Origin: an uncultured Alphaproteobacteria bacterium
GTDB lineage: Bacteria > Pseudomonadota > Alphaproteobacteria > Micavibrionales > Micavibrionaceae
NCBI GenBank assembly: GCA_937934135.1
Contig: CALHAW010000005.1
Span: 1,034 to 65,033, forward strand
DNA: 64,000 nt
Direction of reading: 5' to 3'
The notes under the pieces are model-generated. The model did no database searches. It saw only the letters and a list, made by a program, of their open reading frames with translations, and was not told where the DNA came from. A program made the position numbers and the translations under genes. Below, piece by piece: positions 1-10,164 of this stretch; position 1 is the first letter of the stretch; each line of letters begins with the position of its first letter.

Positions 1-1346
1 TTTATCAACAATGGCGGGCTGAATACCAAAAAAAGGAACACAGGCGGACCCCGGTTTAGTTGCTGTAGCACCCGGTAAAGGCGTAATTAAATGTCCACCT
101 GTTTCGGTTTGCCACCATGTATCAACAATAGGGCAATTTCCATTACCGATCACGTCCCGATACCAATGCCATGCTTCGGAATTAATAGGTTCCCCCACTG
201 TGCCTAAAATCCGCAGAGATGAGCGGTCTGTTTTTTGGACAATCTCATCCCCTGCTTTGATTAACGCACGGATTGCCGTGGGCGCGGTGTAAAAACTATT
301 GACCTGATGCTTATCGACTACCTGCCAAAAGCGCGAGCAATCAGGGTAATTAGGCACACCTTCAAAAATTAAACTGGTTGCCCCATTGGCCAACGGGCCA
401 TAGACAATATAGCTGTGTCCCGTCACCCAACCCACATCAGCAGTACACCAATAAACATCACCCTGCTTATAATCAAACGTGATTTCATGCGTATAAGACG
501 CGTAAACCAAATACCCACCAGTCGTATGAAGCACCCCCTTTGGCTTGCCTGTTGATCCCGATGTATAAAGAATAAAAAGCGGATCTTCTGCGTTCATTTC
601 CTCGCATGGGCATTCAGCACTTTGGGTGTCGACCACATCATGCCACCACACATCACGATTATCCTGCCAATCAACATGCCCGCCTGTGCGTTTTAAAACA
701 AAAACACTATGCACATCGGGACAACTTTTTAAGGCTTGATCTGTATTGGCTTTAAGTGGAATTTTTTTACCACCGCGCACCCCTTCATCCGCCGTAATAA
801 CAACGTGGCTATCGCAATCTAAAATCCGATCACGCAATGAATCAGGTGAAAAACCGCCAAACACAACACTATGCACTGCGCCAATACGCGCACAAGCCAA
901 CATCGCATAAACCGCCTGCGCGACCATCGGCATGTAAATTGTGACGCGATCCCCTTTTTTAACGCCGCGTGATTTTAACGCATTGGCAAGTTTTGAAACT
1001 TCAGATTTTAACGCGCCATAGGTAATATTCTGACTATCATTTGGATCATCCCCCTCCCAAATAAGCGCAACATCATTTAATTTAGTTGGTAAATGCCGAT
1101 CAATACAATTATAACAAGCATTCAAAAAACCATCTTCATACCATTTAATAGAAACATCACCGACAAAGGATGTGTTTTTGATTTTTGTTGGAGCCTTAAA
1201 CCAATCAAGGCGCTGCCCAATCGCACCCCAAAATTCTTCTGGATTATGAATGGATTCCGCATAGCGCTTTTTATAACATTCTTCATCCACATGCGCGGCG
1301 GCGGCGCAGTCTTTTGATGGTTTATAAGTTCTTATTTCTTTTAACA
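1..1346 (-). CDS. acs: acetyl-CoA synthetase (partial; C-terminus lies beyond position 1)
   Basis: Absent from the ORF track because it runs off the window. Reverse translation from the ATG at 1346 gives [13 protein letters not shown]... It contains the AMP-binding motif [11 protein letters not shown] and [24 protein letters not shown], which are typical of Acs. Confidence 0.9.
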
Positions 1347-1435
1347 TGGCACTATATAAGCAAGAAATGGTAGAGCTGTCACGAACCACGTTTAAATCCT
1401 TGTACTAAAACAGTTTTTTTGCTTAATATTGCCCC

Positions 1436-1693
1436 ATGACACAGGATAAACCACAATCAAAGATACATGCCAAAGAGCCCGCTAAAGTTATTTTAGAAAA
1501 AGGAAAGAATTATTGTTATTGCACCTGCGGTTATTCTGAAACAACGCCTTTTTGTGATGGCGCGCATCGGGAAAAAGCACCTGAATTTAAATCTTTGCAT
1601 TTTGATGCTGACAAAGATGGTGAAGTTTATTTATGCCAATGCAAAGCAACAAAAAATCCACCTTTTTGTGACGGCGCACATAACGATTTATAA
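1436..1693 (+). CDS. CDGSH iron-sulfur domain protein (two CDGSH motifs)
   Basis: 85 aa with two motifs: CYCTCGYSETTPFCDGAH and CQCKATKNPPFCDGAH. Confidence 0.85.
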   Translation: MTQDKPQSKIHAKEPAKVILEKGKNYCYCTCGYSETTPFCDGAHREKAPEFKSLHFDADKDGEVYLCQCKATKNPPFCDGAHNDL

Positions 1694-1704
1694 ACAAAGA
1701 ATAA

Positions 1705-2445
1705 GTGATGAAAAAAATTAATCTGGCAGACTTAATTCCCATGCGCCTTTTTATCGAGAGCGAACCGATTGCTATTGATCTTGCTTACCAAAACAAAAAT
1801 TCATCGATTAATATTTTTAAAGAATCGCTTTATCATCATGATGCGCAATTATGGGCGCATAAAGACATTGCCTGTATTACATTATTAGCCGCGCGTATTT
1901 TACACAAAAATCATAACTGGATTCTAGAGGTCAAAGATTGCCTACGCACCAGCGATACCCAAACCGCCATGCAAAAAACCGACATCGTGAAAGCACACCC
2001 AGAATGGATGCAAAGCCCGGGCAGATTGCTCGCCCCACCTGGTGCGGGGGGTCATCCACGTGCCATGGCGATTGATGTCTGCGTTTTAAATAAAAATAGC
2101 GTGGAAGTCGATATGGGAACACCATTTGATCATTTAGAAAAAGAAGCCGCACGCGATTATATGGATTTCCCCGAGGAAATTTTGAATAACCGCCAGATAT
2201 TAGAAGATGCTTTTGTGCGGGCGGCAAAGGCATTCAATCTGCCCTTCACCCCATACCCTGCAGAATGGTGGGATTTCCGCTTTCCTTATGAATATTTCAA
2301 TGAATATAAAGCATTAAGCGATGCCAATTTGCCGCCCCAAATGCAGATGACCAATAAGATAGACAATAATATTCCCGATTTTGACCAAGAACATTTTGAC
2401 AAACTGGCCCAAGATATTCTTTATAGGGTCAATGAAGCAATTTAA
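1705..2445 (+). CDS. M15-family VanX/DdpX-like D-Ala-D-Ala dipeptidase homologue
   Basis: IDLAYQNKN resembles the VanX N-terminal motif. GGHPRAMAIDV corresponds to SxHxxGxAxD. MGTPFD and NRQIL...EWWDFRF align with VanX MGSRFD and NRRRL...EWWHY. Confidence 0.6.
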   Translation: MMKKINLADLIPMRLFIESEPIAIDLAYQNKNSSINIFKESLYHHDAQLWAHKDIACITLLAARILHKNHNWILEVKDCLRTSDTQTAMQKTDIVKAHPEWMQSPGRLLAPPGAGGHPRAMAIDVCVLNKNSVEVDMGTPFDHLEKEAARDYMDFPEEILNNRQILEDAFVRAAKAFNLPFTPYPAEWWDFRFPYEYFNEYKALSDANLPPQMQMTNKIDNNIPDFDQEHFDKLAQDILYRVNEAI

Positions 2446-3358
2446 CACCCTCACCGATATAACATCCGATGCCAAAGACGCCGTTATTGCGATTGGGAAC
2501 TTTGATGGCGTGCATCGCGGGCATCAGGCACTTATCGATGAAGCCGCCAAAATAGCAAAGGCAAGCCATAAAAAGCTCGGCATTTTGACTTTTGACCCAC
2601 ACCCGCGTGTGTTGTTCCAACCCGATCAACCACCCGCACGTCTCACACCTTCATCCCTTAAAGCAGAGCGACTTAAAATAAGCGGCGTAGATTTTTTATT
2701 CTCCCTTTCATTTGATTGGCCATTTGCCAGCCAAACTGCAGAAGAATTTATTCAAAATGTCCTGATTGATGGCCTCGGCGCGGCGCATGTCGTGGTCGGG
2801 TATGATTTTTGTTTCGGTCAACTGCGTAAAGGATCGGCCGACACTATTAAAGAGGCAGGTCTCGCCGTTAATGTCGTCAACGCCATTGAAGATGAAAAGG
2901 CAGAGATTATATCCTCCAGCCGTATCCGCTCCTCCCTGCGCAATGGTGACATCGATACCGCGCATCAACTTTTGGGCTGGAAATGGGAAATACGCGGGAC
3001 TATTTTTAGAGGGGATCGCCGCGGGCATGATTTGGGCTACCCCACTGCCAACATCCTTCTAAAAGATACACTTCATCCTGCTTATGGTATTTATGCCTGT
3101 AGGGTACAAATTGAGGGAGAGAAAGAATGGCTGAATGCCGCCACCAATATCGGTATCCGCCCGATGTTTGAAGTGCCAGAGGGACAAGTCGAAGCGCATA
3201 TCCTCGATTTTCCTGATTGTGATATTTACGATAAAACCCTACGTGTAAAGCCGATAAAACGCCTGCGCGGTGAAGCCAAATTCAGCTCCCTTGACGATTT
3301 AATTATCCAAATGGAAAAAGATTGCGCCCAAGCCAAGGAAATTCTCGCAGTGTCTTGA
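2432..3358 (+). CDS. ribF: bifunctional riboflavin kinase / FAD synthetase
   Basis: IAIGNFDGVHRGHQ nucleotidyltransferase motif and a C-terminal riboflavin kinase region (GDRRGHDLGYPTAN). Start moved to the ATG at 2432 (MKQFNTL) inside ORF 2381..3358. Confidence 0.9.
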   Translation: MKQFNTLTDITSDAKDAVIAIGNFDGVHRGHQALIDEAAKIAKASHKKLGILTFDPHPRVLFQPDQPPARLTPSSLKAERLKISGVDFLFSLSFDWPFASQTAEEFIQNVLIDGLGAAHVVVGYDFCFGQLRKGSADTIKEAGLAVNVVNAIEDEKAEIISSSRIRSSLRNGDIDTAHQLLGWKWEIRGTIFRGDRRGHDLGYPTANILLKDTLHPAYGIYACRVQIEGEKEWLNAATNIGIRPMFEVPEGQVEAHILDFPDCDIYDKTLRVKPIKRLRGEAKFSSLDDLIIQMEKDCAQAKEILAVS

Positions 3359-3506
3359 TTTCAGACAGATTTTCGCCCATAGTGCGGGCTATGTCACAGA
3401 TAGGCGCTATAATCATTCGAATTATCAACCCGGTTCTTTAATAAAAGCAAGAGCCGGGCTTCCCACGTATGACTAATTTCCCAATATAAACAAAGATTTA
3501 AAGATT

Positions 3507-6365
3507 ATGAGCGACAGCACAAACAACAATAGAGACACCCAAGATAAAGATAAATTCCGCGATACGGTTTTCCTCCCAAAGACGGACTTTCCCATGCGCG
3601 GCAATCTTCCCGAAAAAGAACCTGTGATGGTTCAAAAATGGCAGGATATCGATCTTTACGCCAAAATCCGCCACGCCAGCGCCGACAAACCAAAATGGAT
3701 TTTGCATGATGGCCCCCCTTACGCCAACGGCAATATTCATATGGGGCATGCCCTCAATAAAATCTTAAAAGATGTGATCAATAAAAGTTGGCAGATGATG
3801 GGCTATAACGCGCCTTATGTCCCCGGTTGGGATTGTCATGGCCTGCCGATTGAATGGAAAGTGGAAGAAAAATACCGTAACGCCGGCAAAGACAAAGACG
3901 ATGTCGACCCAATCCAATTCAGAAAAGAATGCCGTGAATTTGCCCAAGAATGGGTGGATATCCAAAGCACGCAATTTCAAACACTGGGCGTAATTGGGGA
4001 TTGGAAAAACCCATACCGGACCATGACCAAACATGGTGAAGCGCAGATTGCCCGCGAAATTCATAAATTTCTTCATAATGGTGGCCTATATCGCGGCGTG
4101 AAATCCGTTTTATGGTCAACCGTAGAACAAACCGCATTGGCCGAGGCCGAAGTAGAATATAAAGAGCATAAATCCATCACAGTTTGGGTGCGTTTTCCTG
4201 TCGTGGAAACCGCATGTGAAGCATTAAAAAACAGCGATATTGTTATTTGGACAACAACGCCATGGACGTTGCCCTCTAACCGCGGAATTTTCTTTAATAA
4301 TGATATTGATTACGGCGTTTATGAAATTACTGAGGTCGCCGATGATGCGCGCTGTAAAGTGGGTGATAGGCTCGCTTTTGCCACAAAGCTTTCTGATCAA
4401 ATAAAAGAGCAAGCCAAAATTATCGCCATGAAAAAAGTGGCTGAATTTAAAGGCACAGAAACTGAAGGCACAATTTGCGCCCATCCACTGCGCGGGCAAG
4501 GATATGATTATGATGTCCCCTGTCATCCTGCTGATTATGTGACCGATGAAGACGGAACAGGGTTTGTTCATGTTGCACCTTCCCATGGTCCTGATGACTT
4601 TGTTTTAGGCAGTCAATATGGTTTAGAAATCACGGATAATGTTGATAATGATGGTAGCTTTAAAGCGCATGTCCCGCTTTTTGCTGGTTTAAAAATTTAT
4701 GATGAAAATGGTAAAATGGATGCAGGGAATTTTGCCCCCCTCAAAGCGATGGATGAAGCAGGCAAACTTTTATCCAAAGGATCTGTCCGCCATGAATACC
4801 CGCATAGCTGGCGATCAAAAGCGCCGCTAATCTTTCGCACTACGCCGCAATGGTTCATTGCAATGGACAATGAATTAGGTTTGCGTGAAACTGCATTACA
4901 GGCCATCAAAGACACAAATTGGGTTCCCGCCAAAGGTGAGGCACGCATTAATGCAATGATTGCACAACGTCCTGATTGGTGTATTTCACGTCAACGCGCG
5001 TGGGGGGTGCCGATTGCGCTTTTTGTTGATAAAAAAACGCTCGAACCTTTAAAAGATGATGCCGTTTTAAAACGTATTACGGATGCCTTTGAAGAACACG
5101 GATCTGATGCATGGTGGTCCATGGATGCCCAAGAATTTCTGGGTAGTGCGTATAACGCCGAAGAGTATGATCAAATTTTTGATATTGTTGATGTCTGGTT
5201 TGAATCAGGATCAACCCACAGTTTCGTTGTTGATGACCGCGAAGATTTAGGTAATGGTGAAAACAAACAAGTTGATTTATATCTTGAAGGGTCTGACCAG
5301 CACCGTGGTTGGTTCCATTCTTCCTTATTGGAATCTTGCGGTACAAAAGGCCGTGCGCCTTATAAAAACGTGCTGACGCATGGTTTTGTGCTGGATGATA
5401 AGGGTTATAAAATGTCCAAATCTTTGGGCAATATTGTTGATCCATTAAAATTAATGAAACAATCTGGCGCAGATATTTTACGCCTTTGGACAATGACATC
5501 AGATTACGCCGAAGATATCCGTATTGGAAAAGATACAATTAAAAATACATCTGATCTGTATCGCCGCATTAGAAATACGTTACGTTTCTTATTAGGGGCA
5601 ATGGATGGATTTACAGCCAGTGAAAAAATCCCTGAAGATCAATATAAAGACATGCCAGAACTTGAAAAATTGATGCTGCATGAATTGTCACAAATGGATC
5701 AAAAAATCCGTGGGCATATTGAAAATTATGAATTTGGGAAGCTCGCCACAATGCTTCATCAATTTTGTAATAATGAGCTATCTTCATTTTATTTCGATAT
5801 TCGTAAAGACCGTTTATATTGTGATGATGCCACATCATTCGAGCGCCGCGCAACACGCACGGTAATGACGCATATCTTTGATTGTCTTGTAACGTGGTTG
5901 GCGCCTATCTTGTCCTTCACTGCCGAAGAAGCGTGGTCACAAAAACCTGATGGCATTTTTGAAGACGCCCAAAGCATCCATTTACGTGATTTTCCTACCC
6001 TTCCTGAAAGCTGGCACAATGCCGACTTGGCGGGTAAATGGGATAAAATCATTGCTGCCCGCAAGCAAATTCAAGAAGCGATTGAACCTCTTCGTGCTTC
6101 AAAAGGTCTTGGCTCTTCTTTAGAAGCATGCCCTGTTCTTTACGCGACGGCAGATCAAAAAGAAGCTTTAGAAAGTGTCGATATGGCTGATATTTGTATT
6201 ACTTCTGGATTTAAAATTGAAGAAGGGAATGCCAATATTGAGATTACAAAAGCAGAGGGCGAAAAATGTAATCGGTGTTGGAAAGTGCTTCCCGAAGTAA
6301 CAAACCACGCAAATCATATTTGCAACCGCTGCGATAATGTTGTGAACAAAAAGCAAGCGGCGTAA
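3507..6365 (+). CDS. ileS: isoleucine--tRNA ligase
   Basis: 952 aa with PPYANGNIHMGH (HIGH) and KMSKS class I signatures plus a C-terminal Zn-finger CNRCW...CNRC. Lies in the conserved ribF-ileS-lspA order. Confidence 0.97.
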   Translation: MSDSTNNNRDTQDKDKFRDTVFLPKTDFPMRGNLPEKEPVMVQKWQDIDLYAKIRHASADKPKWILHDGPPYANGNIHMGHALNKILKDVINKSWQMMGYNAPYVPGWDCHGLPIEWKVEEKYRNAGKDKDDVDPIQFRKECREFAQEWVDIQSTQFQTLGVIGDWKNPYRTMTKHGEAQIAREIHKFLHNGGLYRGVKSVLWSTVEQTALAEAEVEYKEHKSITVWVRFPVVETACEALKNSDIVIWTTTPWTLPSNRGIFFNNDIDYGVYEITEVADDARCKVGDRLAFATKLSDQIKEQAKIIAMKKVAEFKGTETEGTICAHPLRGQGYDYDVPCHPADYVTDEDGTGFVHVAPSHGPDDFVLGSQYGLEITDNVDNDGSFKAHVPLFAGLKIYDENGKMDAGNFAPLKAMDEAGKLLSKGSVRHEYPHSWRSKAPLIFRTTPQWFIAMDNELGLRETALQAIKDTNWVPAKGEARINAMIAQRPDWCISRQRAWGVPIALFVDKKTLEPLKDDAVLKRITDAFEEHGSDAWWSMDAQEFLGSAYNAEEYDQIFDIVDVWFESGSTHSFVVDDREDLGNGENKQVDLYLEGSDQHRGWFHSSLLESCGTKGRAPYKNVLTHGFVLDDKGYKMSKSLGNIVDPLKLMKQSGADILRLWTMTSDYAEDIRIGKDTIKNTSDLYRRIRNTLRFLLGAMDGFTASEKIPEDQYKDMPELEKLMLHELSQMDQKIRGHIENYEFGKLATMLHQFCNNELSSFYFDIRKDRLYCDDATSFERRATRTVMTHIFDCLVTWLAPILSFTAEEAWSQKPDGIFEDAQSIHLRDFPTLPESWHNADLAGKWDKIIAARKQIQEAIEPLRASKGLGSSLEACPVLYATADQKEALESVDMADICITSGFKIEEGNANIEITKAEGEKCNRCWKVLPEVTNHANHICNRCDNVVNKKQAA

Positions 6366-6913
6366 TGAAGTTCAAAAAATTAAGTAAACCTTCAACCATT
6401 GGGTTATTATTGATTATTGGTTTTATTATTACGGATCAATTATCGAAATGGGTGATCCTTGAGTATATGTTTCGCCCTGCTTTGAATGCGGAACCACTTG
6501 GCCTTATCGCGTGGTTTCAAGATTCCATTCGTCTGCCGCTGATCAGTTTTGAGGTCACATCATTTTTTAACCTCACCATGGTTTGGAATGAGGGCGTTAG
6601 CTTTGGATTATTTCAAAGCGGGAACCCTTGGCCGCTCATCATTTTATCACTTGTGATTTGCTCTGTTTTTACGGGGTGGCTAACAAAAACAAAAATATGG
6701 CGCGAATCTATCCCCCTTTCGATGATTATTGGCGGGGCGCTGGGCAACGTTATTGACCGTTTTCACTTTGGCGCAGTGGCAGATTTCCTCGATTTTCACC
6801 TATTTGGCGCGCATTATCCCGCTTTTAACATTGCTGATAGTTTAATCTCAGTTGGGATTGTCATTTTGATCGTGAATAGTTTATTCTTTTCTTCTGATAA
6901 GAAGGAAGATTAA
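6365..6913 (+). CDS. lspA: lipoprotein signal peptidase II
   Basis: 4-TM protein with NEGVSFG and GNVIDR...VADF motifs. Start overlaps the ileS stop (TAATG). Confidence 0.9.
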   Translation: MKFKKLSKPSTIGLLLIIGFIITDQLSKWVILEYMFRPALNAEPLGLIAWFQDSIRLPLISFEVTSFFNLTMVWNEGVSFGLFQSGNPWPLIILSLVICSVFTGWLTKTKIWRESIPLSMIIGGALGNVIDRFHFGAVADFLDFHLFGAHYPAFNIADSLISVGIVILIVNSLFFSSDKKED

Positions 6914-6916
6914 ATT

Positions 6917-7444
6917 ATGAAAAACTATCTTGTTTTAGCCACCGTGATGCTGACTTTAACCGCCTGCGCGCAGACTAAAGAGCAATTTGATTTCTCAAAC
7001 AAAGCCCCCGATGAATTTAAGGTAACGACGCGTGCGCCCCTTGAATTACCACCTGACTTTACATTGCGTCCACCACGCCCCGGCGCACAAAGACCACAAG
7101 AAGACAGTGCGGTGGATGAAGCCAAACAAGCGGTCTTTGGTTCATCATCACCACAAGCAGCGTCTCCTGCTGCCATAGAAATCACACAAGGCGAAGCCAT
7201 CTTACTGCAAAAAACAGGCGCAACAGCCATTGATCCCAATATCCGTGACCGCGTTGATGCAGAATCTGCAAGCCTTGCAAAAGAAAGCCAGTCTACTGTT
7301 GATAAAATCCTCGGCAAGGCGGGGCGTAAAGTTGATGTTGAAGCAGAGGTTGTTGACCCCATTAAAGAAGCAGAGCGCCTTAAACAAAATAAAGAGGCCG
7401 GCCTTCCCGTAACAGAAGGTGAAACACCAACAACGAAACAATAA
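6917..7444 (+). CDS. small lipoprotein (DUF3035-like, recalled from alphaproteobacterial lspA neighbourhoods)
   Basis: Lipobox LTLTAC at the N-terminus with a Pro/Ala-rich body. Tightly packed between lspA and the M16 peptidase. An antisense 185-aa ORF also exists but has no such features. Confidence 0.6.
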   Translation: MKNYLVLATVMLTLTACAQTKEQFDFSNKAPDEFKVTTRAPLELPPDFTLRPPRPGAQRPQEDSAVDEAKQAVFGSSSPQAASPAAIEITQGEAILLQKTGATAIDPNIRDRVDAESASLAKESQSTVDKILGKAGRKVDVEAEVVDPIKEAERLKQNKEAGLPVTEGETPTTKQ

Positions 7445-8812
7445 ATGAAAACATTTTTATTCGCTCTGATCCTCATGCTCAATTCTTCTCTTGCCAGTGC
7501 CGCTGTTTTTAATGCCGAAAGCTTTACGCTTGATAACGGGATGAAAGTGGTGGTTATTCCAAATCATCGCGCGCCCGTTGTGGCCCATATGGTTTGGTAT
7601 CAGGTTGGTGCGGCGGATGAGCCACAGGGACTTTCAGGGATGGCGCATTATTTTGAACATTTGATGTTTAAAGGCACAAAGAAATTAGAACCTGGTGAGT
7701 TCTCACGCATTGTTAAAAGCTTAGGCGGACGTGATAACGCCTTTACAGGGCAAGATTACACGGCCTATTTCCAAACGATTGCTGTTGAGCATTTAGAAAG
7801 CATGATGGAGATGGAAGCCGACCGCATGGCGAATTTAGATGTCCCTGCTGATCATTTTGCGTCTGAAAAAAATGTGGTTATTGAAGAGCGGAGACAACGC
7901 ACGGAAAACGACCCACGTAGCTTATTTTTCGAACAAATGAAAAGCGCGCTTTTTATAAATCACCCTTACGGCACACCAATTATTGGTTGGATGGATGAAA
8001 TCCAAAAATATGAATGGGAAGATGTCAAAGTTTTCTATGATCAATGGTATGCGCCCAATAATGCAACACTGGTTATTAGCGGCGATGTCACGGCCGCATC
8101 AATCCGCCCCATGGCAGAACGCACATATGGCAAGTTAAAATCGAAAGATTTACCACCCCGCAAACGGGCATTTGTACCGCCATCCCATGGTAAAACCACC
8201 ATGACATTACGCCATGAAAGAATCCATCAAGCCTCTTTGAATGAAATTTACATGACACCTGCGGCAAAGGATGACAAAAAAACAGATCTTGCCTTGCAAG
8301 TTTTTCAAGAAATAATGAGCGGTGGGTCAACCACGCGTCTTTATAATAATCTGGTGGTTGAAAAGAAAAAAGCCATCTCGGTCTCTCTTGCTTACCGCGG
8401 CGATGCCCTTGATTATGGGACAATTTCACTCTCTGGCAAACCTGCCGAAGGTGTGTCACTGGAAGAGCTGCAATCACTTCTTCATGATGAAATCAAAGAT
8501 ATCATTCAAAACAATGTGACAGAGGCCGAAGTAAAAGATGCTATTCAACGCCTTCAAGACAGCGCCGTTTTCGCACGGGATAGCTTACAAGGCCCTGCAA
8601 TGACATTCGGTTTTGCCCTTGCGATTGGAAAAGACATTGATGACATTGAAAATTGGCCAGAAAATATTGGTCGAATAACGGCGGCAGATATTCAAAAAGC
8701 CGTCACAACATACCTCAACCCTGATAAACCATGGCACCGCCAACCAATCACAGGTTTTTTACTACCCAAAACAACAGAGCAATCACCACAAGGGGGAGAG
8801 AATAAAGAATGA
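7445..8812 (+). CDS. M16 (pitrilysin) family zinc peptidase, catalytic-type subunit
   Basis: Signal peptide and the inverted zinc motif HYFEHLMFKG (HxxEH). Confidence 0.85.
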   Translation: MKTFLFALILMLNSSLASAAVFNAESFTLDNGMKVVVIPNHRAPVVAHMVWYQVGAADEPQGLSGMAHYFEHLMFKGTKKLEPGEFSRIVKSLGGRDNAFTGQDYTAYFQTIAVEHLESMMEMEADRMANLDVPADHFASEKNVVIEERRQRTENDPRSLFFEQMKSALFINHPYGTPIIGWMDEIQKYEWEDVKVFYDQWYAPNNATLVISGDVTAASIRPMAERTYGKLKSKDLPPRKRAFVPPSHGKTTMTLRHERIHQASLNEIYMTPAAKDDKKTDLALQVFQEIMSGGSTTRLYNNLVVEKKKAISVSLAYRGDALDYGTISLSGKPAEGVSLEELQSLLHDEIKDIIQNNVTEAEVKDAIQRLQDSAVFARDSLQGPAMTFGFALAIGKDIDDIENWPENIGRITAADIQKAVTTYLNPDKPWHRQPITGFLLPKTTEQSPQGGENKE

Positions 8813-10164
8813 AGCACTTCGTTCTTTTCTTATGCCTCTTCATCGTGGCCTGTAAACCGGACATTAAAAAACCGGAAGGAGATATTTTGAAAATCCAAGA
8901 AATCACGACAAAAAAGGGCATTTCACTTTGGCTGGTTGAGGATGATTTACACCCTATTATTTCCATGCGCTTTGCCTTTAAAGGCGCAGGAGGAATTAAT
9001 GAAACACCCGAAACACAGGGGGTTGCCCGCATCTTATCCAACACAATGGATGAAGGCGCGGCAGATTTAACATCACAAGAATTTCAAAAAACACTAAGCG
9101 ACCATTCCGTAACTTTACGCTTTGCCAGCGATCGTGATAATTTTGGTGGCACACTCAAAACACTTAACCGCCATCAAGACAAAGCATTTGAGCTTTTAAA
9201 AATAGCGATCAATGAACCGCGCTTTGATAACGAGCCTTTGGAACGGATGAAACAAGCAAATATTTCCCGCATCCAGTCTTCGAAAGGTGATCCTGGTTGG
9301 ATTCGGGCGCGGCTTATGAATGATATAATTTATAATGGACACCCTTACGCCCTGAATAGTGGCGGTACCATACGCACATTAAATACCATAACCGCTGATG
9401 ATTTACGTGCATATCATAAGGCTCATTTGGCACGTGATATCTTAACAATCACCATTGTTGGAAACATTGATGCAGAAACAGCGGCAAAGAAAGTCGATGA
9501 AATCTTCGGCGCACTGCCTGCGGGCAAGAAGAATACAGAAAAAGACGATTTTCCACTTCAAAGCCAAGGAAAAAGCTTTTTATATAAAAAAGACATCCCA
9601 CAAAGTATGATCACCGTGACATTGCCCGGCATGGATAAAACCCACCCTGATTATTATGCCTTACGGGTCATGAATATTATTTTTGGCGGCGGTGGTTTTG
9701 GCTCACGTCTTATGGAAGAAGCACGCGAGAAACGCGGCCTAACATACGGTATTTATTCTGGCATGACGCATAAAGAATATATCGATGAATTTTCTATCTC
9801 TGTTGCGACAAAAAATGAAACGGCGCAAGAAATGATTGATCTTATTCGGGAAGAAATGATCAAAATGCCTGAAGGTGTCTCCGAAGAAGAAATTAAAAAA
9901 GCCAAATCTTATTTAATCGGCGCGCTATCGCTCTCCCTCACCTCAACAGATAATATTGCACATGTTATTCAGGGCATGAATTTACAAGAAGACAAGCAAT
10001 ACCTAGATCACTATACGAATAACATAAATGCCGTTACCGCCAACGACATCATACGGGTTGCCAAAAATATTTTAAAACCTGAAAACATGGTCATCATGAT
10101 TGTCGGGCAACCCGAAAATATTAAAGATGTCACGCTCTTGGATACGTTACCAAATGTTGAATAA
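8809..10164 (+). CDS. M16 family peptidase, non-catalytic-type subunit
   Basis: Same fold signature (GGGGFGSRLMEEAREKRGLTY) but no HxxEH motif. 4-nt overlap with the upstream M16 gene. Confidence 0.8.
   Translation: MKHFVLFLCLFIVACKPDIKKPEGDILKIQEITTKKGISLWLVEDDLHPIISMRFAFKGAGGINETPETQGVARILSNTMDEGAADLTSQEFQKTLSDHSVTLRFASDRDNFGGTLKTLNRHQDKAFELLKIAINEPRFDNEPLERMKQANISRIQSSKGDPGWIRARLMNDIIYNGHPYALNSGGTIRTLNTITADDLRAYHKAHLARDILTITIVGNIDAETAAKKVDEIFGALPAGKKNTEKDDFPLQSQGKSFLYKKDIPQSMITVTLPGMDKTHPDYYALRVMNIIFGGGGFGSRLMEEAREKRGLTYGIYSGMTHKEYIDEFSISVATKNETAQEMIDLIREEMIKMPEGVSEEEIKKAKSYLIGALSLSLTSTDNIAHVIQGMNLQEDKQYLDHYTNNINAVTANDIIRVAKNILKPENMVIMIVGQPENIKDVTLLDTLPNVE

Noticed and set aside
2381-2431. 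Longest-ORF starts for several genes: ribF 2381, pgi 10100, mutL 12991, UDG 30461, secY 38301, cytochrome b561 54682, tadA 56896
   Set aside because: The extra N-terminal residues overlap the upstream genes, have no family similarity, and precede Met codons that give canonical N-termini. Starts were moved downstream accordingly.
6925-7482. 185-aa minus-strand ORF opposite the DUF3035-like lipoprotein gene
   Set aside because: It would run against the tightly coupled ileS-lspA-lipoprotein-M16 operon and crosses into the next gene. The plus-strand frame has a lipobox and abutting start/stop codons.
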